Shown here: piece by piece, positions 18,560 to 27,084 of the stretch
Layout: every line of letters starts with the position of its first letter
Numbering within the stretch: the first letter of the stretch is position 1
Source of the DNA: Nitrososphaerota archaeon
GTDB taxonomy: Archaea; Thermoproteota; Nitrososphaeria_A; Caldarchaeales; Caldarchaeaceae
Reading direction: 5' to 3'
DNA: 64,000 nt
Assembly (NCBI GenBank): GCA_041641305.1
Contig: JBEPYN010000001.1
Location: 262,498 to 326,497, forward strand
Notes under the pieces: model-generated
What the model was told of the DNA's origin: nothing
Database searches by the model: none
What the model saw: the letters and a program-made list of their open reading frames with translations, nothing else
Program-made: the position numbers and the translations under genes

Positions 18560-19248
18560 GTTTTCTGCTTCTTAACCGTCTTGGTCAAGAGGGTTGCCAG
18601 AATTTCGAAGGATAGGAGAAGTGGAGTGGGTTTGAGAAACTTTGCCGCAGACGTGTTATAGGAAGCGTTTATCGATGTCTTGCGCATCTCGCTTTCGTCT
18701 CCGAACCAAACCTGTATCAGCAGCCTGACCTTGGGTAGAAAAGTGAAGGAATAGGCTGTTCCACCCAGTTTCTCCCTTTTGCCCCCGAGCATCCGCGAAG
18801 CATCTTCGAACAACTGTCCCTGGTTACCAAAGGTTTTCAAAAGCGGGTTGAGCACATTTTTCTGGTAATAGGAGAGATAAGCCGATGTCTTGAGGACTGT
18901 GTCGAGAGGCTGCCAAACGTCCTGCCCACCACCCCCCTCACCCAGCAAATACTCCAATATCACGTAGCTGAGTTTTTCGCCCGCATCTTTTCCTGTCATC
19001 AAGTCGACCACCTTACCCTCGTCAAGCTCAACCGTGAAAGTTTTGTTCAACACATTGACTATGTATCGGCTTGGCTTGTCTCCCCCGCCCCTAAGAAAAA
19101 CCACATCACATTTCTTCATGACAGCGCTGTGGTTCACAGACCTCAGCCTCTGAAAATCACTTGCAACCCACTCCGCAAAAGTCGACTGCGAAGCACCGAA
19201 CAAAACCTCATCCCCAGGCAACAAACCACCTCCCAAAATCACAAACAC
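18556..19248 (-). CDS. hypothetical conserved protein
   Basis: 230-aa ORF with Gly-rich segments ('RGGGDK', 'GEGGGGQD') and no membrane segments. No catalytic motif recognised. Confidence 0.4.
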   Translation of the reverse strand: MFVILGGGLLPGDEVLFGASQSTFAEWVASDFQRLRSVNHSAVMKKCDVVFLRGGGDKPSRYIVNVLNKTFTVELDEGKVVDLMTGKDAGEKLSYVILEYLLGEGGGGQDVWQPLDTVLKTSAYLSYYQKNVLNPLLKTFGNQGQLFEDASRMLGGKREKLGGTAYSFTFLPKVRLLIQVWFGDESEMRKTSINASYNTSAAKFLKPTPLLLSFEILATLLTKTVKKQKT

Positions 19249-19285
19249 ATGTAAACATGTTCACATAGCAACCGCATAAATGATG

Positions 19286-19310
19286 GAAAAAAAGGTGGTA
19301 TAAAAAAATA
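19286..19310 (-). terminator. oligo-T tracts downstream of the archaellin gene
   Basis: On the minus strand two T7 runs (TTTTTTTATACCACCTTTTTTT) begin about 20 nt after the flaB stop. Archaeal terminators are oligo-T tracts. Confidence 0.4.
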
Positions 19311-19329
19311 GGGGGAGGGGTGGGGGAGT

Positions 19330-19908
19330 TTAAGTCAGGTCCATGACAGGGTCGAAAGACGGCGGAAGCCTTCTCTCAACCTTGAGCAACGAACCCTGTG
19401 GCGGCTTGATCTCTACGCTGAAGATGTCGTTGGGTGCGAGGCTGGCTCCAGAAATGCTCGATACATTGATTTTGACCGCGAAGACTTCACAGTATTCGAG
19501 GACGGTGTCGCCGTCACCCGTTACCTGATAAACAGTTGTTATGGTTGAGTTGTTGGGGTAGATGTTCTCCCTGAAGATGGCCTTGTCTCTATATGTGATG
19601 ACAAGCTTGCCCGGCCGTACGTCGACCTCGCCCTTACCCACCGACGACTTGATGTAGATAACGACCTCGGTGATGCTTCCGTTAGAGCTCTTTGCCACAA
19701 CTGCTCCAGCCGTCTCTATCGACGACAGAGTCTCCTCGAGACCGGCCTGCATAACCTCGCCCGTCTTCTGCGTCGTGAAAAGTCCGAGGTTCAGGACGGC
19801 GAAGCTGAAGGCGCTGGCCACGATGACGAAGGCTATCAGTATTATGGCCGTCTCTAGGCCCGTCAGACCTTTGTTCTGTTTTTTCATTCTTTTTGTTTGG
19901 TTTTTCAT
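19330..19908 (-). CDS. flaB: archaellin (archaeal flagellin) with class III signal peptide
   Basis: Charged N-terminus, then 'KGLTGLETAIILIAFVIVASAF', a typical prepilin/FlaK-cleaved hydrophobic N-terminus. The C-terminus is beta-rich and carries N-glycosylation sequons (NGS, NNST, NVS). Confidence 0.85.
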   Translation of the reverse strand: MKNQTKRMKKQNKGLTGLETAIILIAFVIVASAFSFAVLNLGLFTTQKTGEVMQAGLEETLSSIETAGAVVAKSSNGSITEVVIYIKSSVGKGEVDVRPGKLVITYRDKAIFRENIYPNNSTITTVYQVTGDGDTVLEYCEVFAVKINVSSISGASLAPNDIFSVEIKPPQGSLLKVERRLPPSFDPVMDLT

Positions 19909-20036
19909 TTCTGCAACTGATAGGCTACATTGGTGTTTTTTAAATTTTTTTAGAATTTTTTTGGACGAATGTATGATTTTTGTCTTATTCTAGTAAAGCT
20001 TATTTTTTAAGATACCCCAATCCAGGCGAATGAAAC
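19909..20036. promoter_or_regulatory. AT-rich divergent promoter region between flaB and the flaX-J operon
   Basis: 128-bp spacer containing several TTTAAA/TTTTTA-type TATA-like elements on both strands (for example 'ttttttaaatttttttag'). The flanking coding DNA is markedly more GC-rich. Confidence 0.4.
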
Positions 20037-20687
20037 ATGTCATTGGTGGAGGTGTTAAAATTGGCCGAGAACAGCGTTGGGGATAAACGAATCAAGAAGC
20101 TGGAGGAGGAAATTCGGCGTATCAGGGAGCCTCTTGAGAAGACTTTGCTGGAGATAAGGGAAATGATGAACATGGCTGAGAACCCGTTTATCTATCTAAA
20201 AGGAGGAGACTTGGGCGAAGTATCCTCCGAGGAAGTTCGGCCAAAACAGTCTGCGGACAAGCATGCAGTGGAGAACAATTTGGCCATTCATGAGAAAGCG
20301 GCGGACAAGGAGCTGCATGGTTTGCGTCAGGGCTTCAACGGGCTTGACTCCTTCATCACAACGTTGGCGGCTGTTGACTTAATGGTGGTGATAGTTGGCC
20401 GAGAAAACCTGGTCAACCTTGTTAACATGCTGGCTTGGCGTAACCTAATCCCGAGGACTTTGCTCGAGGGAATTAAGGAGGCCCTCGAATTCATTTCTAC
20501 CCTTGAAAAGGATACAAGGATAGAGCAGGCTCCGACACATCCGCCTGGTTTCAACGACCTCCTGATAGTTCTCTACATGCTTTCGCTTTTGGTCAAAGAC
20601 CGTGAGAACCCGATAACGTTCCTGCTTCTCTCTTCGGCGGGGAACCTGAAGTTTCTCAGCAGGAACTGGGGTGGTCGCCAGGTTTGA
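20037..20687 (+). CDS. archaellum accessory protein, FlaX/FlaCDE-like (putative)
   Basis: Sits in the position of flaX (first gene after flaB, preceding flaG). Has an N-terminal coiled coil ('IKKLEEEIRRIREPLEKTLLEIREM') and no N-terminal TM segment. Confidence 0.4.
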   Translation: MSLVEVLKLAENSVGDKRIKKLEEEIRRIREPLEKTLLEIREMMNMAENPFIYLKGGDLGEVSSEEVRPKQSADKHAVENNLAIHEKAADKELHGLRQGFNGLDSFITTLAAVDLMVVIVGRENLVNLVNMLAWRNLIPRTLLEGIKEALEFISTLEKDTRIEQAPTHPPGFNDLLIVLYMLSLLVKDRENPITFLLLSSAGNLKFLSRNWGGRQV

Positions 20688-21172
20688 CAGGCGCCTACAT
20701 AGTGGCCGAAGCAATCTTCGTCATCTCGCTCATCATAACGGCGTCGGCCTATGCATCGACTATGTTCAGCTTTGTGGACGACCTGAAACAAGCCAACCAA
20801 GTCAAGGTGAACAGGATGAAGAGAGAGGCTATGACCAGTGTCGAGCCTTTGATGGGCTATGTAGGCGATAACCGCAGCATAGTCTATCTCTGGCTGAAGA
20901 ACGTGGGGACAGAGAGGATTTCCTATGCCGAAATCGAGGCCTCCGACATATTCCTCATAGGTAGAGAAACATTTTATTTACTCAAGCATGGACAGGGGCC
21001 ATCTCGCTGGACATACAACATCTTAGGAGAAACTCTGCCGGACAACGGCTGGTCGTGGGGAGAAACTCTAGAGATCACCATGGAGCTCGAAACACCGCTC
21101 AACCCCGGCGAATACACTGTGAAAATTGCCGGCCCATATTTCTCCACGACCTATGTTTTCTCTGTAGGGTGA
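20684..21172 (+). CDS. flaG: archaellum protein FlaG-like
   Basis: N-terminal TM helix followed by a beta-sandwich-like soluble domain. Operon position between the flaX-like gene and flaF; 4-nt overlap with the upstream gene. Confidence 0.6.
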   Translation: MTGAYIVAEAIFVISLIITASAYASTMFSFVDDLKQANQVKVNRMKREAMTSVEPLMGYVGDNRSIVYLWLKNVGTERISYAEIEASDIFLIGRETFYLLKHGQGPSRWTYNILGETLPDNGWSWGETLEITMELETPLNPGEYTVKIAGPYFSTTYVFSVG

Positions 21173-21179
21173 GTGAAAA

Positions 21180-21677
21180 ATGTCGGTCTACGGATTACTG
21201 GCCTCATTCGGCATCACGACCCTGATAATTCTACAGTTTCTGGGATACTTTCTAAACGTCTACGATGTGGCTGCGACGGTGGCACAGCTAAGCCAAGCAC
21301 ACAAACCATCCATGAAGAAACTGGAGCCAGTATTTACAAATGCTTCGGGAAACGCGGTAACTCTAGGCATACGCAACGAAGGGCCTGTGGACATCTCCTC
21401 AAAACAAATCAAGACAGCCGACCTATTCATCATCTACTTCAACGAGGACGGGGTACGTAGGGTGCGTAGGCTGGGGTACGGCGAGATACCTGGATGGCAG
21501 GTAACGGATGTCAGGCTCGGCGATTCTGCTGAGGTTCTTGACCCTATTGGGCTGAGCCCGGAGCTCGAGGGCGTTTGGAACGTCGGGGAAACAATCTACA
21601 TCACGGCGACACTCGACGAAACTGTCAACACTTCTCTGCCCATATTGGCCAGATTTTGGGTGGTGACCGAAAGTTGA
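21180..21677 (+). CDS. flaF: archaellum protein FlaF-like
   Basis: N-terminal TM helix plus a beta-rich domain. Operon position before flaH. Confidence 0.6.
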   Translation: MSVYGLLASFGITTLIILQFLGYFLNVYDVAATVAQLSQAHKPSMKKLEPVFTNASGNAVTLGIRNEGPVDISSKQIKTADLFIIYFNEDGVRRVRRLGYGEIPGWQVTDVRLGDSAEVLDPIGLSPELEGVWNVGETIYITATLDETVNTSLPILARFWVVTES

Positions 21678-22375
21678 CCGATGGATACATCAGGGCGTTT
21701 AACAGTGAGCTGGACCGTAAAATAGGCCCGATAAAGACCCCGGCCCTATGCCTCGTCGAAGGCCCCAACGACAGCGGAAAATCAGTCCTCACTCTACAAT
21801 ACTGCTATGGCGCTCTTCTCTCAGGGTTCAACTGCTACCTGCTCAGCACGGAGGGGAGTATGAAGGCGGTTAGGGAGAGCATGGCATCACTGTCGTGGAA
21901 CCCATCCTATTTCATCATAACAGGCAGGCTGAAAATCGGCGAGATGCATGTCAAAAACTTCACCTGGGCTCCACAGCAATATACCAAGCTACTCCGCCTC
22001 GTAACATCATTTATACAGAGCCGCTCAAAAGAGAATGTCTTCTTCATAGACTCGATGACCTATCTCCTCACCAACGCGTCTACAACAGACATCCTCAACT
22101 TCTTCACAGTCCTGCGAAACATCGTAGACGAACAGGAGAAGACAATTTTCCTCACCATACATTCCCACGCCCTTGACACAGACCTTTTCCTCAGACTGCG
22201 CTCAATCTCCGATGTCCACTTTGTTCTAAGCGTCAAGGAGATGGGAGAGAGGATAGTGAGGGTGTTGCAGGTCATGAAGCTCAAGGGAGCTGAGAAAAGC
22301 GGGTTAACCATAGCGTTCGAGGTTGACCAGGTCTTCGGCATAAGGGTGCTGCCTTTCTCACAGGCCAAGGCGTAG
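21674..22375 (+). CDS. flaH: archaellum ATP-binding protein FlaH (RecA/KaiC-like)
   Basis: Walker A 'GPNDSGKS' inside 'LCLVEGPNDSGKSVLTLQY', the KaiC/RecA-like fold typical of FlaH. Start chosen at the TTG overlapping the flaF stop (gTTGA). The longer ATG-initiated ORF (from 21575) would overlap flaF by about 100 nt. Confidence 0.7.
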   Translation: MTDGYIRAFNSELDRKIGPIKTPALCLVEGPNDSGKSVLTLQYCYGALLSGFNCYLLSTEGSMKAVRESMASLSWNPSYFIITGRLKIGEMHVKNFTWAPQQYTKLLRLVTSFIQSRSKENVFFIDSMTYLLTNASTTDILNFFTVLRNIVDEQEKTIFLTIHSHALDTDLFLRLRSISDVHFVLSVKEMGERIVRVLQVMKLKGAEKSGLTIAFEVDQVFGIRVLPFSQAKA

Positions 22376-24042
22376 TGGCGATGAGCAGCGTCCCCTCAGG
22401 GGTTCTTATGGATAACCCGCATCTAGGGATGTATCTCGAGGAGCTGAGGCTCCGGGGGAAAACCGCGAACTACGTCGAGCAGCTCAGCAGAGAAATGCGT
22501 AGCCTGAGAAGCTTCAGCTTCATCTACCCCGTCGGAGACCCATTATTCATACACATAGAGTCAAGACCAAACGAGAGATCCTCTTACAACGTCATAAGCC
22601 CCTTCACGATGGCTCCCGTGGAGATAAACAGAATTGTCGAAAAAGGGTTGGCGAGACTCATCACACCCGACATGGACTATTCCACACGCGAAGAACATGA
22701 AAAACTACTCAACGAGCTTCTTGACATGTTTCTCGAGATAGATGATTCTCTAGAGGACTTTGACTATAGGCCTATTTATAGGAAAGGGCTTGTGGAGAAA
22801 CTTGTCGCCAACCAGACGACCGTTGAAATAATCAGAAACAGCGTAATTCTCGACAAGGTCTACCTCGGAACACTTGAGCCATTCATCCGTGACCAATATA
22901 TCGAAGATGTTTCATGCAACGGCGTCGGCCCCATATTCGTCGAGCACAAAGTCTTCGGAAGCTGCGAAACCAACATAACTTTCTCAGACCAGGAGGAGCT
23001 CGACACCTTCGTGGTCAAGCTCTCGGAAAGAATAGGTAGGCCCGTCAACTTCCGCAAACCAATAGTGGATGCATCTCTTCCAGACGGCAGTAGAATAAAC
23101 ATAGTTTTCGGCAGCGACGTCAGCAGACATGGTAGCAACTTCACCATCAGAAAATTCTCCGAAAAACCCGTGAGCATAGCAGATTTGATAAGCTGGGGGA
23201 CGATGAGCGGCTTGGAAGCAGCCTATCTATGGATAATGCTCGAGCATGGGATGAGCATATGGTTCTGCGGAGAAACAGCTTCAGGCAAAACCACGGCCCT
23301 CCGAGCCGCAAGCGTCTTCATCAACCCGTCGGCGAAAATAGTCAGCATAGAAGACACGCCCGAGATAGTTGTGCCTCATGAAAACTGGGTGCGGGAGGTT
23401 ACGCGCCAAGGCGAGCAGGGAGAGGGTGATGTCACGTTGTTCGACCTACTCAAAGCAGCTCTCCGGCAACGTCCGAACTACATCATAGTCGGAGAGATCA
23501 GAGGAGCGGAGGCGTCTGTCGCTTTCCAGGCCATGCAGACAGGGCACCCCGTTCTCGCCACCTTCCACGCAGGCAGCGTCGAGAAGCTTATCCAGAGGCT
23601 TACAGGCGATCCGATAAACATCCCGAAAACATACATCGACATACTCAACTGCGTGTTGATACAGAGCGCAGTGAGGCTGCCGACCACGGGAAAGATTGAG
23701 AGACGAGTCCTGAGCATCAACGAGATAGTTGGCTACGACCCGACTACTCAGAGGTTTGACTACATCGAGCTCTTCAACTGGGACTCCTCCACAGACAAAC
23801 ACGAGTTCAGAGGCGAGGGCAACAGCTACCTGCTCGAAAACAAGATAAGAACCATGCTCGGCGTCTCGCCGCGTGAAGTACACAGAATCTATCAAGAACT
23901 CTTTGACAGAGCCCAGCTCCTCGAGTTGCTCGTCAGCCGTAAAACCACAGATTTCGAAACGGTCTGGAGAACAGTCAAAGAGGTCTACCACATGGGCGCC
24001 CAAAATGTTTTGGAGAAGCTGGAGAGCGTGCAGAGAATTTGA
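22375..24042 (+). CDS. flaI: archaellum motor ATPase FlaI (type II/IV secretion ATPase family)
   Basis: Walker A 'GETASGKTT', Asp/His boxes and Walker B in a 555-aa protein. 1-nt overlap with flaH. Confidence 0.9.
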   Translation: MAMSSVPSGVLMDNPHLGMYLEELRLRGKTANYVEQLSREMRSLRSFSFIYPVGDPLFIHIESRPNERSSYNVISPFTMAPVEINRIVEKGLARLITPDMDYSTREEHEKLLNELLDMFLEIDDSLEDFDYRPIYRKGLVEKLVANQTTVEIIRNSVILDKVYLGTLEPFIRDQYIEDVSCNGVGPIFVEHKVFGSCETNITFSDQEELDTFVVKLSERIGRPVNFRKPIVDASLPDGSRINIVFGSDVSRHGSNFTIRKFSEKPVSIADLISWGTMSGLEAAYLWIMLEHGMSIWFCGETASGKTTALRAASVFINPSAKIVSIEDTPEIVVPHENWVREVTRQGEQGEGDVTLFDLLKAALRQRPNYIIVGEIRGAEASVAFQAMQTGHPVLATFHAGSVEKLIQRLTGDPINIPKTYIDILNCVLIQSAVRLPTTGKIERRVLSINEIVGYDPTTQRFDYIELFNWDSSTDKHEFRGEGNSYLLENKIRTMLGVSPREVHRIYQELFDRAQLLELLVSRKTTDFETVWRTVKEVYHMGAQNVLEKLESVQRI

Positions 24043-25529
24043 GACTCTTTAGCCGAACAGGTCTTAGTAGGGATGATGTCGACAGGCTGATGCTGCTGTT
24101 CGTCATCTACGGCTCCTCAAAGCTCTCCGTTAGGCAAATGATTAAGCAACTGTCCCACTCGGAGGCGTTGCCAGCACATATCGGGAAAATTTTCAGGAAA
24201 AGCCGCAACCTTTTGGAGAGATGGAACTACGGTGTCTCGGAGACTCTTGAATATCTCGAAACCGTTCTAAGATATCCAAAGCTTAGAGGGCTTGTAGTCA
24301 GGCTCCAGCACTCGATCAAGGCAGGTGTATCTATAGAGGATTTTGCCAAGATAGAGTATGTTAAACACAGGGCTGAGCAGGATAACGAGCTGGAGAAGGG
24401 GCTTGAAAAGCTTAGACGTCTCGTAGAAGCCTACACCACGTTGATAAGCGTAGTCTCTCTACTCAGCGTCTCCTTCCTCCTCATCGGAACCATAATCGGA
24501 GGAGGCGGCGCATCGTTTCTCGACACAGCCTTTCTCTCGATAACCGCCACACTCGGCTCCACAACCCTCCTCTTCCTCACAAACAACCTCAAGAGACCGA
24601 TTTTCAACAAATACCCTGACAAGCCTGGAAGACTCGGCCTACTCCTAAAAACCACTACACCACTACTCGCCGCATCCGTGGCTACGCTCTTCTTCGCACA
24701 GCCTGTCGCGAACCTTATGGGGGCATCAACCGTGGAGACAATGTCCGCAGTCCTCATCTCCGTTGGGACAGCCCTCTTCATACATGGGTACCTCGGTAGA
24801 AGATGGCACAAGAAAATCCACCAAACCGAGACGATGCTGCCCATAGTTTTGAAAAGCTTCGGAGACTACCTGTCCGCGACAGGGTCGGTTAAGTCATCGG
24901 CGCACATGTTAACCCTAAGCGACCTCGGGCCACTCAACAGACTTGTCAAAGCATTTGAGCAGAGGCTTAGGCTGGGCATATCCCAGAAAGAGTCGATAAC
25001 CATGGTTGGGCGTGAAACCATGGGAAAACTGGGGGACACCGTCTTCACTATACTCGGGGAGGTTATTGAGGCTGGGGCGAGGCCCGCAACGGCCTGCGGC
25101 ATCCTCAGCGAATACGTATCCAACGTCTTGTTCAGCGACAAGAGACGCGAACAAATAACATCCACGCTCAAAACCCTATCCATACCGCTTCATGCAACCC
25201 TCGCAGCCATATACGCACTTCTCACAACCCTACTAGCCATCCTCTCAAAAATAAGCGCCCTCCTCGAAAACTATCTCATGCTCATAAAACCCATACCATC
25301 CTCAATAGTGGTCACCTACTTCTACATAATCATCGCAGCCACATCCATCATCACGGGGCTGAACATCTACCTCGCCGACGGCGACTCATTATTCACACTC
25401 ACCTACTACCTCGGCCTGCTGCTGCTGGTAAGCGGCATCAGCTACCTCGTCATGACAAACCTCAGCATGCAGCTTCTCTCAACATTCATCGGACTGGGCG
25501 AAAGCCTCAAAGCACTTACGGCGGGGTGA
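24039..25529 (+). CDS. flaJ: archaellum membrane platform protein FlaJ (TadC/PilC-like)
   Basis: 496-aa polytopic membrane protein with two cytoplasmic domains. ATGA overlap with flaI. Confidence 0.8.
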   Translation: MRLFSRTGLSRDDVDRLMLLFVIYGSSKLSVRQMIKQLSHSEALPAHIGKIFRKSRNLLERWNYGVSETLEYLETVLRYPKLRGLVVRLQHSIKAGVSIEDFAKIEYVKHRAEQDNELEKGLEKLRRLVEAYTTLISVVSLLSVSFLLIGTIIGGGGASFLDTAFLSITATLGSTTLLFLTNNLKRPIFNKYPDKPGRLGLLLKTTTPLLAASVATLFFAQPVANLMGASTVETMSAVLISVGTALFIHGYLGRRWHKKIHQTETMLPIVLKSFGDYLSATGSVKSSAHMLTLSDLGPLNRLVKAFEQRLRLGISQKESITMVGRETMGKLGDTVFTILGEVIEAGARPATACGILSEYVSNVLFSDKRREQITSTLKTLSIPLHATLAAIYALLTTLLAILSKISALLENYLMLIKPIPSSIVVTYFYIIIAATSIITGLNIYLADGDSLFTLTYYLGLLLLVSGISYLVMTNLSMQLLSTFIGLGESLKALTAG

Positions 25530-25533
25530 AAAC

Positions 25534-26022
25534 ATGGTGGCTAAAACAGCCCTCATCCCACCATCCGACGGCACAATAAACATCCTCTTCATAACGGTCC
25601 TCACCGCGGTCGTCACACTACACATACTCACACTCATACTGGGTTCGAGAAAACTCTCACCAACGGTCCCGACAGCACCCGTCCTCCCGACACCCGTTCA
25701 CCAGCCTCTTCCAAGACCGAGGCCAACAACCCCTGACCCGCCGACTCAAGACTATCAAAAGAGGCTGGAAAAACTTGACGAAACACTAAAAATGCTCGAA
25801 GAAAAGATAAAAAGCCAGCCGGCAAAAAACACTGAACCGGCGAAAACGCCGGCATCCAGCGTCGAAAAAACCCAGGAAGTGGAGCACCCGACCACCGCTG
25901 ATGCGGATGAGGGGGAAACACTAGCACCCGAGAGCCTCGATGACATCATAAGGCTGGCGCGTGAGTTGAGGGATGAGCTGAACACGTTGATGAAATCACA
26001 TCGGCAAAATGCCGCCATATAA
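25534..26022 (+). CDS. hypothetical membrane-anchored Pro-rich/coiled-coil protein
   Basis: 162 aa with an N-terminal TM segment, a PTPVHQPLPRPRPTTPDPPT Pro-rich linker and a charged helical C-terminus. Starts 5 nt after flaJ on the same strand. Confidence 0.4.
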   Translation: MVAKTALIPPSDGTINILFITVLTAVVTLHILTLILGSRKLSPTVPTAPVLPTPVHQPLPRPRPTTPDPPTQDYQKRLEKLDETLKMLEEKIKSQPAKNTEPAKTPASSVEKTQEVEHPTTADADEGETLAPESLDDIIRLARELRDELNTLMKSHRQNAAI

Positions 26023-26103
26023 CGTTAAAAATCGTCTAAACGCCATAATATCTTCACCTTAGCTGGAAAAACGCTAAATACCCACCTCATCCACTTAAAA
26101 CCC

Positions 26104-27084
26104 ATGCTCAAGCCACCTGTAGAGCAATTGGAGAAATACTACAAAACTGTGCGGACACCTCGGATGCGGCTGATACTCAGGGTACAGGCTGAGGCGAGCA
26201 AAGCCGTTAGAAACTGGCTAGACTCTCACGGTTTTCTCGAGCTTCTCCCACCGATTATCGGCCCGGTCACGGACCCGGGGATAAGGGGTGCGAAACAGGT
26301 AACCATAGACTATTACGGCCGAGAATACAAGGTGATGAGCAGCGCAATCCTCTACAAGCAGATGCTCGCAACCGCCTTCGACAAGATCTACTTCTTCTCC
26401 CCCAACGTGAGGTTGGAGCCTCTCGAGTCTGCGACAACAGGCCGACACCTCGTCGAGTTCGTCCAAATAGACATTGAGGAGGCGGATGTTGACTACACGG
26501 CGGCTATGTCGACGGCTGAAAACCTTCTCACACACGTGGTCAACACAGTCGCGGAAACAGCCAGACAAGAGCTGGAGCAGCTTGGTCGGAAGCTGCCAAG
26601 GTTCAAAACCCCGTTCAAGAAAATTACACACGCAGAAGCTGTTGAAATCCTCCGAGCCCACGGCGAACAAGTCAGCCCAAACGCGGAGATACCGTGGCCT
26701 CAGGAGGAAAAGCTCTCAAAAATAATTAACGAGCCATTCTTCATCACAGATTATCCCAAGGGCGCCAGAGGCTTCTACGACAAAGAAGACCCACAGCGCC
26801 CCGGCATACTCAAGGACTTTGACCTCATGTACCCTGAAGGCTACGGAGAAGCTGCTTCCGGCGCTGAAAGAGAATATGAGTACAGCAAGGTTCTGGCGAG
26901 GCTTAAGCAGAGCGGTGAAAACCCTGCAAAATATGGCTGGTATCTCGACATGTTGAGAGAAGGAATTAGGCCAACTTCGGGGTTCGGCATCGGTGTCGAG
27001 AGGTTGACAAGGTATCTCTGCGGCCTCCAAGCGGTGTGGGAGGCTAGGCCCTATCCAAAAGTCGCGGGAATATACTCGCCGTGA
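26104..27084 (+). CDS. class II aminoacyl-tRNA synthetase catalytic-core paralog, AsnA-like asparagine synthetase (putative)
   Basis: 326 aa with class II motif 2-like 'RHLVEFVQIDIE' and motif 3 'GFGIGVERLTRYLCGL'. No anticodon-binding domain is present; this resembles archaeal AsnRS-like asparagine synthetase A. Confidence 0.55.
   Translation: MLKPPVEQLEKYYKTVRTPRMRLILRVQAEASKAVRNWLDSHGFLELLPPIIGPVTDPGIRGAKQVTIDYYGREYKVMSSAILYKQMLATAFDKIYFFSPNVRLEPLESATTGRHLVEFVQIDIEEADVDYTAAMSTAENLLTHVVNTVAETARQELEQLGRKLPRFKTPFKKITHAEAVEILRAHGEQVSPNAEIPWPQEEKLSKIINEPFFITDYPKGARGFYDKEDPQRPGILKDFDLMYPEGYGEAASGAEREYEYSKVLARLKQSGENPAKYGWYLDMLREGIRPTSGFGIGVERLTRYLCGLQAVWEARPYPKVAGIYSP

Noticed and set aside
19249-19285. 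Imperfect inverted repeat ACATGTAAACATGTTCACAT downstream of flaB
   Set aside because: Considered as a hairpin terminator or regulator site. The symmetry is imperfect and archaeal termination is adequately explained by the adjacent oligo-T tracts, so it is not called as a separate feature.
21575-21673. ATG-initiated N-terminal extension of flaH (ORF track start at 21575)
   Set aside because: It would overlap flaF by about 100 nt and add an Arg/His-rich segment not seen in FlaH proteins. The TTG overlapping the flaF stop gives a protein of canonical length, but this remains an inference.
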